Shown here piece by piece: positions 27,531-40,700 of a DNA stretch of 64,000 nucleotides. Where the stretch lies: the NCBI RefSeq assembly GCF_001194135.2, contig NC_068989.1:95469254-95533253 (forward strand), given 5' to 3'. The DNA is from Octopus bimaculoides (taxonomy: Eukaryota). Under the pieces are notes generated by a model that made no database searches, was not told the DNA's origin, and saw only the letters and a list, made by a program, of their open reading frames with translations. The translations under genes and the position numbers were made by a program. Numbering within the stretch: the first letter of the stretch is position 1; each line of letters opens with the position of its first letter.

Positions 27531-28349
27531 TTTATATGTATATATATACATATATACATACACGTGCACACTCATACATATATAAATACATGTGTCTATA
27601 CATATATGCACACGCACACGCATTTGTTTATAAATGAATGACAAAAGAATGAAAGCTACATATGGCAATCTCCATTGGCCTACAAACGTTTTGGCTATAA
27701 ACTACTGAACTCTCAGAAGTCACACAGTGTTATAGTTCTACCGGAGCCATCACATGAAATGCTCCTTAAATTGAGTAAAATGTAAGAATATAGAGACACA
27801 TCATTCACCATCCTCACCCACATTTAATGTCAGTTTTCTATGCTGCTATGGGGTGGGCATATATAAATTGATTACAGGACTGGAGGAACCATGCTGAAGC
27901 AGACACTGGAGCTGGACACTGTCCTTTGGTTTGTCAGATATTGCTGAACCATCCAACATGAGCCAGCATGAGTTGGATGGACATTAAATGATGACGATCA
28001 CCCATACACATATTTTTTTCCTATATATATATATACAATGCAGATACTCATGCAAATACACACGCACACTCACACACACACACACACACACACACACATG
28101 CGAATACAAGTATAATCCATACATACAGATGGCTGGGTCCACCATACTTAAAGTCTGCATTTCTGTCAAGGCCAGGATACTTATAGGCAAATATCTATAT
28201 ATGCAGCTATACAGACATTTATCACAAGCAAATGTCTTCTGTTATAGCCCTGAGCTGATCAGACCCATTATAAGTATATTTGGCAGATAGCAACTGAAAG
28301 AAGCCTATTGTGTGTATATATGTCGGTGTGTGTGTGTGTGTGTGTGTGT

Positions 28350-28391
<42 letters not shown>

Positions 28392-28460
28392 TATCTGGAC
28401 ATTATGCAATAGTTGCAGACAAGCCTCAATGTAAATCAAGCACTGTCATTCATTTCTGAT

Positions 28461-28580
28461 CACTGTCCATGGGGAAATATTTCTGGTCAAGAGGAAATAA
28501 CTCTGGCCAAGGGGAGACATCTCTGGCAGTGGGCTAACATCTCTGGCCAAGGGGAAACATCTCAGGCCATGAGGAAATAC
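28461..28580 (+). repeat. Six-unit 20-bp tandem repeat, consensus CTCTGGCCAAGGGGAAACAT
   Basis: Units begin exactly every 20 bp: 28461, 28481, 28501, 28521, 28541, 28561. Confidence 0.85.
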
Positions 28581-28843
28581 TACTTTGCTTGGTAATAGTT
28601 TGAGGATTAGTGTCAAGAAGAGCTTACATCCATTCCCGTGCAAGCATAGAAAAGTAAACATCAAAATGATAATGATATATATATGTGTGTACACAGACAC
28701 CTGTATATATTCCTACATGCACTTTTGCTACTTAAAATTTTAGTGATGTATTTTATTTTCTTATCTAATTTTTGTACTCGAGTATAATGCTACTTGCTCC
28801 TCAAATTTCACCTTGATATTGTGAATTAAATTTCTTACATTAA

Positions 28844-29347
28844 ATAGAGTTTGGATGTTAAGTGTGCCTCAAGACTTCATCAGAGGGTCGAAATGGTTAG
28901 GAGAGCCGATACATACGAGAGTCAGTTACTAATAGGTACAGAATATTTTTCCTATTGAAGAGGGCATGCAAAGAATATGAGCAAAACTTAGAGTGTGAGA
29001 GGAGTAAAATTTAGAAAATGGATTAGGAATAGGAAAGAGAAATAAGTCATAGACTTCAAGTGTTGCCTTCCAAGATTCATGTTATTTTGTCCAGTGGTGG
29101 ATAGGTAAGATGAATCTTGGAAGTCAACACTGGAAGTCTATGACTTATTTCTCTTTCCTATACCTAATCCATTTTGCTAAGTTGGACTCCTCTCACACTC
29201 TAAGTTTTGGTCCTATTTTTCTTATGTTATCTTCAATAAGAAAAATATTCTGTACCTATTAGTAACTGACTCTTGTATGTATCAGCTCTCCTAACCATTT
29301 AGACCCTCTGATGTAGACTAGAGGCACACTTAGCATCCAAACTCTAT
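28844..29347. repeat. Long inverted repeat (foldback): ~237-bp arms, 29-nt spacer
   Basis: 28844-29080 is the reverse complement of 29110-29347 with about 14 scattered differences (hand count) plus one ~20-nt unpaired internal segment. Confidence 0.95.
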
Positions 29348-29604
29348 CTGCCCATCCCTACAGAGAACACTGAAGAGATGGAGCTAGCATGGAGGATATC
29401 GTGGCCTCTTGGCAGAAATGGTTGCAAGGAACTAATCTTTTAATCTGTTATGTGTTACTAGCATATATTTGTGTAGCACACAGTCTTTGCATGTGTGTCT
29501 ATTCTTATAATACTTTCTTTTGTTTTAGAATAAATAGATATAATAGAATGTCTACCGGCTGATGTATGTCGTTTTTGTATCCCCACCCATTTTCTATTTT
29601 GCCG

Positions 29605-29637
<33 letters not shown>

Positions 29638-30655
29638 AGACACACATACACACACCAACCACCACCATCATCATCATTTAATGTCTGTTTTCTATGCTAG
29701 CATAGGTTGGATAGTTTGACAGCAGCTAGCAAATCAGACAGTCCAACCCATGCCAGCATGGAAAATGGTCATCAAATGATGATGATGATAATCATGATAT
29801 ATCTGTGTTTATACATAAGTACATAAAGAAAGAGAGTGTGTGAGGGGGAGAAAGTGCAGGGAGTGGGGGACATGTTTGAACAATGTTAACAAATTTAGAA
29901 ACTTATCCGCTTTACAAAATACAAATCTTGACGGATAAACAGCAGATAATAGCTTAAAATCTCAAAAGTTTTATAAATATGCATCTCCTCACACTTTAAA
30001 TTTAACAGCAACTTTCTTCACTTCTTGTCTAATTTTGTACAAAATACTTTATATTGTAAACAGAGATGTTGTGTTATTATTTTGCTTGTTGTTTGGTGCT
30101 GCTAGGCAAAACAGTAAATAAATATTCTGAGACATAAGAATGTTGCCCTCTAGGTTAGTGTCTATCAATAACACAATATTTAAACTACATTTTGCAGCAA
30201 CAAAGCTATGTGAATGGTTAGGTTAAATATAGTTTTTCTTAACAATTAAAAACCGAGGAAAAAAAAAAAAAATATGATGATACTGCAATTTTCTTTCTTC
30301 AAGTTAAAAACCTGTTTAAATAAACTGATGCTGACTATTCTAAGGCAATGCTTTACATTTTCAGCTCAGTCTTTAAGTTTTGTTTTCAAACTGAATCATA
30401 AACCCAGCTAGCCAGCCTAACAACCGTGAATAAGGAAACGGGTGCCATAAAACAGTAAAAGTCCAAAAGTAAAGGTATAAATAAACAAGATATTTATTTA
30501 GTTCAAAGATAAACAGAAGGAAAGAGTGAGAGAGAGAGAGAGAGAGAGAGACTGAGGGAGGAAAAGAGAGAGTTAAAAAAACTAAAAAAGAAAAACACTG
30601 AAGAGACATAAGAAAAAGTTTGAACTAAAAATTTAAGATATGAGAAGAGGAGAAA

Positions 30656-30657
<2 letters not shown>

Positions 30658-30716
<59 letters not shown>

Positions 30717-30762
30717 AATAATAATGATAATGATAATGATGATGATAATAATAATAATAATG

Positions 30763-30830
<68 letters not shown>

Positions 30831-30840
30831 AATAATGATG
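30658..30840 (+). repeat. Compound (ATA)n/(ATG)n trinucleotide microsatellite
   Basis: Directly visible; produces the spurious poly-I/M ORF 30640-30906. Confidence 0.95.
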
Positions 30841-32530
30841 TTCTACTATAGCAATGTTATCTCTATTGTTTTGTTGATCACGTTGCTTGGAAGTGATAAA
30901 GAATAGAAGTTGCCAAACATGCTATTTATTCACATTGATTGCTTACATATCCAACAGTGTTATACACGATGAATACAAGTAAGATGAAGTTTAGATCTTT
31001 GCCAACATAAAATGAATAATTGTAGAAGTTAGTGTTCTTTTCAGGTTGATTTTATTTTATTTTTACGAAAAAGGAAAATTTTATTTTTAGGACATTCATT
31101 GCAAAATTTGATAGCAAAAGGAACAAAGAAAAAAAAAATGTTTCATTGAAAGTAAAGCAGAATTTCCTAGAGGAAGCATGACATTTTCATATTCTTTTAA
31201 ATTTGTGTAAATAAATGAAAAAAAAAGTATGGAAAGCTAGGAAAAAGCCTGGCACATAGAAGAAGTCTCTTAACTTCACCAGAATTAATAATTTTAATGT
31301 TATGTAGTATTCTTGTGGCTATAACATATTGAGCTTTACAGCAAAAGAGATATGTGCTATTTTTAAAGATTTGATTGATTAAGCTATGGTGTCACATGTA
31401 GCAAATAATTTCTTTATCTTTTTCTGCTCCTCCATACATTTTTAGTTGGTTAATTCGCACATACTTTAGTCTTCAAATAAGCTATATGAAAATTAACTTT
31501 CGATCCTTTATCAGTTTGTCACTTTTACGAAAATTAATAAAAATGTCAGCTGAATTGCCAATATTGTCATGATGGACCACTTGCTTTGTAAGGACAACAT
31601 AAGTTTCAAAAATATTGTTTTCTTTGAGGAAAAAGTCAAAACAAAGACTGAACATGTTAGAAGCGTTCAGGTACATATATCCCCAAACTGACACAAAGCT
31701 ATTCAAAGTCATTGGTCTTGCTTACTTCTTTATTTACTTTCTAATATACGCTTGATAATTAATGAACGAGCTGCCATTGTTGATAACTGCTTTAATCATA
31801 AGTTACAATACAACACAGTATCTTTATCAAAAAGTTATGAATGTAAAATAAGACTGAAACTCAAACATTTAAAGTAGATTCTACTTGTGCAGAGTAAATG
31901 ATGTTTCAAATGAACAGGATTGAAATGGCTGAAGACATCACTTGCCCCCTTCAGCGAAGCCCTTATCATTTTCTTCTAATGGAAATTGAAGAAAGAATAA
32001 AAGTGGAGACGGAGTGAGAGTGACAAAAATGGTCAAGGTGAATGAGTGAACAGTCAGCATACCCTTTTTTTAAGACATTCAACACAATTGGGAGAAGGTG
32101 GCACTTATTCTTGGCAGTAAGTATAATCTTGGATATATTGTGGTTCTTTGATTGACCCAAGGTAGTTCTCCCTTTTATAGAGATTTCTCATTTCATTGTT
32201 TTGGTTTTTCAGGCTTATATTTACATAATTGGTTCTACAAAAACACATGTTGTACTTGTAGCAAATAAAGAAATTATTATTGTTGGTGTTAGGGTAGTAG
32301 AGTGACAGAATGAATTGAATCACAGACAAGTTACCATACAGTAATTAGTTACCTCCCTTACTCTGTTAGATTAGCTTCTCATCATTGCCGAATTCATAAA
32401 GTAAGTTACCAGTCACTATTACACTAGATTAAACTGACTTCTGCTAGCAGTCTGTAGGAAATTATCATCACCACCACCATCATTATCCTCATCATCACCA
32501 TTATTATTGTTGTTGTTGTTGTTGTTGTTA

Positions 32531-32580
<50 letters not shown>

Positions 32581-35027
32581 ATAAGAATGAGTCAACAAAA
32601 AGACCAGTCCATTCTATCCTCTTTACATTAATAGTGAACATACAATTTCAGTCAAGTTTAACTTGAATTAAACTAAGCTGATTTCCTTTACATAAGAAAA
32701 AGAAGAAAAAGAAGAAAAAAAAGCAGAAGGAAAGAAAAGATGAGAAAAGAAAATGAGAAAGAAGAATTTAAACAACAGTCTACTTTTAACCGACAAGTCA
32801 AGTAGTTTTTAGAGCAATCTCTCAGATGTGAACCAGTGAAGTGGAACTAAATGAATGCAAAATACAGAATTGATAAACTTTAGTCATGTATAATGGACCT
32901 CTCAACAGGTTTTGATCTTTAGTCATCTTTTTTTGGGGTTTTTTTTTGTTATGACTTGCAACAATGAATAGATATTTCCAACTAAACATCTGTTCATTGA
33001 GTGTAGAGGGTTATCTTGTTTGTTTCATTTTGTTCTTTATCAGGAGGTAATTTTTCACATACATGAAGCTTACACTTCAACAATTTGACTCCTCTGATAT
33101 GGAACCGAGCAAATGTCCTTCAAAAACATCCTTGAAGAACTTTTAAAGAAGCTTGCCATTTAGATGAGAAAGGTTGGCTAAATATGGTAAGTGTGATATT
33201 TTCATAATATTTTTTTTTTTTTTGAAATGTCGTTAAACAGCCTTTATTAGTAGTAATCAAATTACTCTTTAACGGATCCGGATAAACACGACCTCCCTCC
33301 CTCCCCTTCTCAACAACTAAATTTTTATCTATTTAGACAAATCTGAATTTATTACCTTTCATTTGTAAATTTACATCGTAAAAAATATCACAGTTCATAG
33401 ACATTTCTATGCAGCAAGTGTTAGAAACTTCTTGGTTTTCTTTCAAATTTTTTAATTTTTCAGGATTTCTTATGTTCGTTATATTTCTTTTTAGAATTCC
33501 TAGGGCCACAAAATAAAATCTTGGTTCTAGATCGCTGTTGGAATTTCACATCCACAGACAAGTTCTTTTAATGGCATACCATAATACTTAAGAGATCAAG
33601 ATAGTAAATTTGGAAATAATAGCACCGCAAGCATTCTTCAGGGAATAAACATAGGGGTTGTTTCAGTAACTTATTCTATTTTTAGTTTTAAAGATGTCAG
33701 GCAAAGATAAAAGTTCACAAGAGATATGGAAATAGAAACCAAACAAGTGAATATGATCTCTTTTAACTGTCTTTTAGCTAGGTGAGTCATTAAGTCTCAT
33801 TTGTGGCATCAGTTGCTCAGCTGGATAAGAAGGAATTATTATGTTTAATTCCAGGCACATATGGTCAACATTATAAAGAGCCCAGGAATACTTTAAAAAG
33901 CAGGAGCATGTGTGTGTGGGTATCAATGTACATATACATATGTTTGTGTCTATTGTATATGTGTATAGATATATATATATATACATGTAGATGTATTTAT
34001 TCATTTGTTTTTATGGCCATTTTTTATCCCATATGAGTATGAGTTAGACAAATATGTTCTTGAAGCATTGTTTTACATCTGGACACCCTTCCTGTTTGTA
34101 AAACTTAACTATTTTTCAAATAAGGGATTTCTTTTCCTATTCCTTCAAAGGTACAGAATCAGTAGACAGAGGAAATGATAAAAGGAAAACACACACACAA
34201 ACACACGCACACAGATACACACACACACACATGGCTATGTGGTTAAGAAGTTCACTTGCTATGAAATGGCAACAATGTCATTGTTTGTAACTCAGAGATT
34301 TTCAGAGAAAAGCAAATGCCAACACACACATATACAGTGATGGGTTTCTTCCAGTTTCATTCACAAGACTTCGGTTGGCCAGGGCTACAGAAGAGGACAC
34401 TTGCTCAAGGTATTGTGCAGTGGGACTGAACCAAAAACTCCTGGGCTAGGAAGCAAACGTTTTATCAACACAGCCATACCTGCACCAAGCTAAGTGCATA
34501 TGCACACATGATTAAGTATATATTCCTTTTGCCTTGTCATGCACATGTTGATTGTAAACAGAGAGCCATCATATATACAGGCAGGGTCGTTTGTTTACAA
34601 TGCCCCATGAAAGCACATCCAGGATATACATAACATGTACTTCACACACAGAGATTCTAAATCCAAATTTATGCCTATTACTATTATTTATGCACTTCGT
34701 TTTGTTAGTAAATGCCCAAGCTGTGATCTGAAAAAGCTAAAGTTTTCAAGCAAAGATAATGAACAGTTAAAATGCACAAGCAAAATTTATCAGCAAAAAT
34801 GTGAACAAGACTTTCCAAAAGTTCAATTTCACTACTGTTATCTAAATTCCTGTGGTGGAGCCTTGTTTAAAAATTGTCTCCTTTTTTATAGGATGAATTC
34901 AAATAATTAGAAAAGACATGCTTAAATGTCACATGCATACACATCTCTCTCTCTGCCTCCCTATGTACGTATGTATATATATATATATATGTGTGTGTGT
35001 GTATACATATATATGCACGTGTGTGTG

Positions 35028-35116
<89 letters not shown>

Positions 35117-35152
35117 AGAGAGAGAGAGAGAGAGCGAGAGGTATATATACAC

Positions 35153-35310
35153 GCCCAGGCATGGCTGAGTGGTAAGAAGCTTACTACCCAACCACATGGT
35201 TCTGGGTTCAGTCCCACTGTGTGGCACCTTGGGCAAGTGTCTTCTGCTATAGCCTCAGGCCAATCAAAGCCTTGTGAGTGGATTTGGTAGACAGAAACTG
35301 AAAGAAGCCC

Positions 35311-35352
<42 letters not shown>

Positions 35353-35570
35353 AATCTGTGTTTGTCCCCCACCACTGCTTGACAACCAATGTTGGTGTGT
35401 TTATGTCCCCATAACTTAGTGGTTCAGCAAAAGACACTGATAGAATAAGTACAAGGCTTTAGAAAATGAAAATAAAGTACTGGGGCAGATTCATTTGGCT
35501 AAAATTCTCCAAGGTGGTGCCCCAGCATGGCCACAGTCTAATGACTGAAAGAAGTAAAAGAATAAAAGAA
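35153..35570 (+). mobile_element. Well-preserved tRNA-derived composite SINE
   Basis: A-box-like ggctgagtggta, B-box-like ggttcagtccc, core gggcaagtgtcttct...gtgagtggatttggtagacagaaactgaaagaagccc, internal (TG)n, tail gtgccccagcatggccacagtctaatgactgaaagaagtaaaagaataaaagaata. Antisense partial copies at ~15290-15420, 34350-34480 and 62450-62590. Confidence 0.8.
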
Positions 35571-35652
35571 TATACATACATATGTATAAACATACACATA
35601 CATATGTATAAACATACACATACATATGTATAAACATACACATACATATATA
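35571..35652 (+). repeat. 22-bp minisatellite (CATACACATACATATGTATAAA) x ~3.5
   Basis: Directly visible. Confidence 0.8.
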
Positions 35653-38600
35653 CAGACATTCACTCTGCAGCTGTTTTGAATGAATATTTTATCAAGTGAC
35701 ACTTCATATGACATTCAGTGGAAACAGCTATGGTGGGATTGTCTGTATAAATGAATGTATATTACGTCTACATTTGTTTTGCATACGTATTGAGTACTAC
35801 TGTTGAACATGTCCTTGAAAAGAACTGTGAATCACATGCAAAAATATATGAAATATTAATAAAGCTGGAGCTTTAAATAAATATTTAAATATGATTCATT
35901 TTCTAAGAATAATGTAAAACTCTAACCAAAAGAATGATCCATCATATTACGACACACACACACACACACACATCTATAGATAGATAAACAGACAGACAAA
36001 TAGAAAGATAGATGGAAAACATGAAATATGCTTCTAAACCATAAAATATTGAATAATTATGATGATAGATTTTCTTATAAGCAGATCTTTGCAGAACATA
36101 TTTTAGTCATTGAGTCAAAAGTATAAGCCAAATAAAATCGCATATTGCAAAATATTTAAAGTACAAAACAATAAAAAAAATTAAGTATTATTAATGTATA
36201 AATGACATGGAAAAATTAAACTGCTTTTACAGTTATCACAGAAATTAATTTGTGCTTAGAATACTTCCCAAGACTAGTTAAATCTATTTCCAGCTTGATG
36301 TTGGTTATTGTATTCTGAACAGTTCATTGATTATGGTAGACATAATAATTTTCATTTTTCTCTTATTGAAATAACTACAGCTTTAATTGCCTTAGAGAAA
36401 ATATTTATAACTTTAGTCGATACTCTGAAGTTCTGCACATTGTGATATTGTATAATACTCTCATAAAAAGAATTGCATTGAAAAGTGATAATTTTAACCA
36501 TAAAAATCTGAAAAAAGCAGCATCAAACAATGAACAACTATAATTAAGAGAATTTTTTTCTTTTGCAGTCAACAGGAAAAATAAGTAAATGAATAAATAT
36601 AATGAAAAAAAAAAAAAAAATGAAATGATAAAAAATTAGTGTTAGGACATAAATTCACATTCTGTTATAGATGTCATTTCAAATGTGAGGTAGATTTCTA
36701 AGAAAATATTTTGAAATTACCAAAACACAGGCAACATTGTCTCATCTGAGTACAGAGTATGAGAAAAAGCATTAACCAGACTCTTGTGGGTATCTTTTTA
36801 ATCAAAGAAGTGAATGAAGCAGATGACACTGGTTTAGTGACGATGAAGTTCTAAAAACTGTAAGCTAGGATAATATGGGAATGTGAAAAGGGGGACTTTT
36901 TCATACTAAATAATGGTCAATGAAATAAGGAATCAGCAGAGAATCATCTGTTGAGTTCACTCATCTCTAAGAACAAATAAAAGAAGATATTTAGAAAGAA
37001 AAAAAAAAAAAGAAAATTAATCGTATAAAAGTGAGCTAAATTGTACAGTCAAGCAGAATGGAATGCTTTGAACATACCAAACCTAACTAGAGGATTGATT
37101 TTAAATGAATATTCATATGTATTTATACAGAATTGAAATGCAAGTGCATACATTAACATTATATTACAAAGTGAAATACAAAATAGCCTCATAATAATTG
37201 TGTAGGTATTTATTATCCACCAGCTTTTTGAAATTCTAACATTTTCACATTGAAAGCTGTTTAAATAATTGTTTTAAATCTTAAGAGTTAACTAGCAAAA
37301 GTTGCTTTGAGCAAGTATTAAATGAACTTTTCTATGAAAAGATATTGCTAAATACATATATTATCAAATAAATCTTTTGAACATAAACTGTAACTTTATG
37401 TCAGGAAATATTGCTAATTATCAGGAAATAACTCAAATTAAATACTTCGTAAAAAAAAAATGTGATTCTGGATGATGGAAAATAATGAAATATTTAAAAA
37501 TTAAGAGACATTATAAATATCAAAAGGTATTAAATTATCAGAATGTTAATTTACATACTCTTTATTATTAAAGAATTATGATGCGCAAACAGAACATATT
37601 TATTTACCAAAATGGCACCATCTAACAATAAAGAAATGATTAAGATTAAAAAAAAAAAACTTCACTAAAAAAAATCCAGTGAACTTTTATGTAGACAATA
37701 GAGGAAAAGAAATAAGAAAAACGAGTATTTCAATCTTGTTCTTTTATTTAGTTTCCTTTAGTCTGTTTCACACTTTTAAACACAATTTACTTGAAACATC
37801 AACGATAATTTGTGATTAAAGAAAAAAAAAAACAATTCAACTTGGAGCTCTTTTAATAAGAAACCAATTAACTGAGAGAAGGTTTTAAGAGAGGAGAAAC
37901 AAAATTGCCGATGGAGCAACAAGTTATTCTGATAACTAGTTTGACATGTTGCATGGAAAAGCCAAACAGTTGATATTTAGCAAAAGATAAATGTTGATAA
38001 AACAGCAGAAGGGCTTCAAAGACAAGCAAAAGGGTTTAAATGGATTCCATTAAAGATATCGATTCCATTTTGTTATCAAGGCATGAACTATTCCAGATAT
38101 AAGCTTTAAGTAGAGGAAGAAGAAGGAGATTGTCATGATAGATGGAGATAGGATCTCAGAGCATTTAGTAAATTATTATTCATCACAAAATGTACAACAC
38201 TAGTGATATGCATACAAATTAATATTTGTAAATGAGAAAGGGCTTATTTGTATGCTTATTGCTCAATGATGATTTACTTAAAATATTAAAAACTCTAGAT
38301 AATTCTTCAATAATGATCCCATTTCCTCCTATTTTAAGCATACAGCTTCCCTATCTATATAAACTTTAATATATATGTTAATTTTAACACTTCATTAAAC
38401 AGAGAAAATAAAAAAAACTTTACATGAGAGAACAATCAGTTCAAGTTTATGAGTTTTAGGTCCTAAGATATTTAGGATAGCACATAAAATTAATACCACC
38501 ACAAACAAATTCTACATATTATTTATCATCACAGTGTCTATCCATCTCGATGCTGATGATTATGATGATGATGAGGAGGAGGAGGAGGAGAAGGAGAACG

Positions 38601-40504
38601 TTGATAAAGGTGATGGTAACAAAGACAATTGTCGAGGGTAATAGAAACTTGATACTACACAAGAACTGTGCCTTTCTTTTAAAAGTACATGTAAAAAAAT
38701 GTAAGAAAGAAAATTTAATAAAAACGCAAATATATTCTACTGACTGGTGTGCCACATAAATAATTTAAATTACAACTGTAATAAGAAGGTGATAATGTAA
38801 TATTTATATATACAGGAATCTTTGCATTTTTTTTTTCTTTCTGGGAATTGTAATTTATGCTTTAATGAAAATTACAAAATTATTGCATTGGGAATTTGTT
38901 CATTTGCATTTTATAATGAATTTCATTATCATACTGATTGAATATTATAATGATATTAAATGAATAATAAGAAAATTATCAGTTAACGATGACCAAACAA
39001 ATTATTAAACAGTAAATTAGTTGATTGTTCTACTTTTTAAGACTCAAACAACTTTTCAATACTCGAAATTGCTTTTAATCAAAGTACTTCTATCTCATCT
39101 TTAAACAAGATTGGTCTGATCCCTAAAGAGATGGAAAATACCCCCTGACTTTAGAAGTGTGCTGAAATGTTGCCAAGATTCTTCATCTATTTACTCTACT
39201 TGGTATTCCGTTCTGAAGACGACGCAACATTTCTAATTCCTAACACTCAACTAAATTGCTATGCAGTTAATGTTAAAGTCTCTGTGGAAGCTTTTTATTC
39301 TATTGATTATTGTCACAGCAATAAGAAATGGTAAATACTATTCTAGAAGCTGATTGATACTGTGTAAGTAATGGAAATAAATGATGAATACTTGGAGGAA
39401 AACTATTATAGCCGATGGTATTAGAATCTTTCAACTGTCAGCAATGTAGATAAACAACTATACAAACACTTTGAATGACATTTAAGCTGATTTTACATGA
39501 AAAAGAGACCTGAGCAGGGTAAAAATATCTTCAACATGTTTACTTTTAAATCTTGAAATTAGTTTGTCTTTTAATTATTTGGAGATTCAATAGAACTCTT
39601 AAGACTTAATGATATCCCAATAAATGGCAAGCTTTTTCACAAGATAAAAATAGACAGGCAGATGGAGACAGTGACATCTAGAGACTTGATATATACATAG
39701 ACGAGAATGCAAAGAACTGGCTTTACTTTCAATTATAACAGAATCAAGAGAGATGGTGTAGCAGGAAGGACAAAGCATCTGACTGCTTTGCAAGAGTTCT
39801 TTTTCGTTCTTAAGTTATCAGGCAGATTATAGAGTTAAATTCAGCCAAGAAGATCACCCCAGCGCCATCGAAATTTGTGTCCTTTACTAAAGGAATACGA
39901 TAGGAAACCCAAAACCAAATTATTTCTGTTTTCTTTTTTTTTATTAATGAGAAATAATGAAATAAGCAACAGAATCCATAAATAATTGTTTCTAATTTAG
40001 GTACAAGGACTAGTTTGGGGGAAGGGATCAGTTGATTACATTTACCCCCACCCCCATCCCCACCTTAGTGCTAGACTGATACCTTATTTTAACAACCTTG
40101 AAAGGCTGAAAAGCAAAACTGACCCTAGCAGGATTTGAACTCTGGATGCAAAGAGCTAGAACTAAATATCTTAGGTGATGAACGATGAAAAGGGAATGAC
40201 AAATGGAAGGTTTTAACATTTATGCCTCTCAAACCAAGGTTTGACACTAAACATGTCATGAGCTTCCAACTAACATAATAGAGAGTGCTTGGAGATTTCG
40301 TATAGGGAGAGTATCTGGGGCTCCTCCATGGGAATAAAGGGTCAAAATCAAAGTTTAGTGAAAACATTTAAAAATCAAAATATTTCAGTTTTCAATTGCA
40401 AATGTCAACTCATCAGTTTCACAGCAACTGAAGTGTGACCGGATGAAAAGACAGTCTTAGACTTTCCACCTAAAATTCCACTACAGCATGGTCAAATATT
40501 TATT

Positions 40505-40700
40505 TTAGCACTTTTGATATTGACCCATGTAAAACTGCTTCTACCTGTGATACAAATTGGCCCTTTTAATATTTGTTCATATTTAAATTGAAACCTTCCA
40601 TCATAGAACTTTTTATTGTTTCAAACAACAGCTTAATAATGAAGAAAGTTAATTATTTTGCAAAAATCCCTTCAAATTCTTGATTATTTTCAAAATTAAT
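40505..40700. mobile_element. Degenerate third copy of the TTAA MITE family
   Basis: Core similarity (aattgaaaccttcca...ttattgtttcaaac...cagcttaataat...aaattaattgaaac); termini eroded. Confidence 0.45.

Noticed and set aside
34635-34910. 91-aa Cys-containing plus-strand ORF
   Set aside because: No recognisable domain or Cys spacing and no convincing donor; the opposite strand is similarly open, consistent with chance.
35153-35230. tRNA gene
   Set aside because: A/B boxes are present but continue into SINE core and tail with no cloverleaf; SINE head.
34867-35385. Long ORFs rich in YI/HT/CV/ER repeats (also 15216-15627, 16947-18385, 30640-30906, 11390-11590, 57730-58072, 62478-62847)
   Set aside because: Read-through of (AT)n, (AC)n, (AG)n and (ATA)n microsatellites and N gaps.
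38270-38350. Minus-strand exon-like MLKIGGNGIIIEELSRVFNIL
   Set aside because: Matches the EMLK.GG....L..LFN.IL motif preceding LINE RT domains; decayed retrotransposon.
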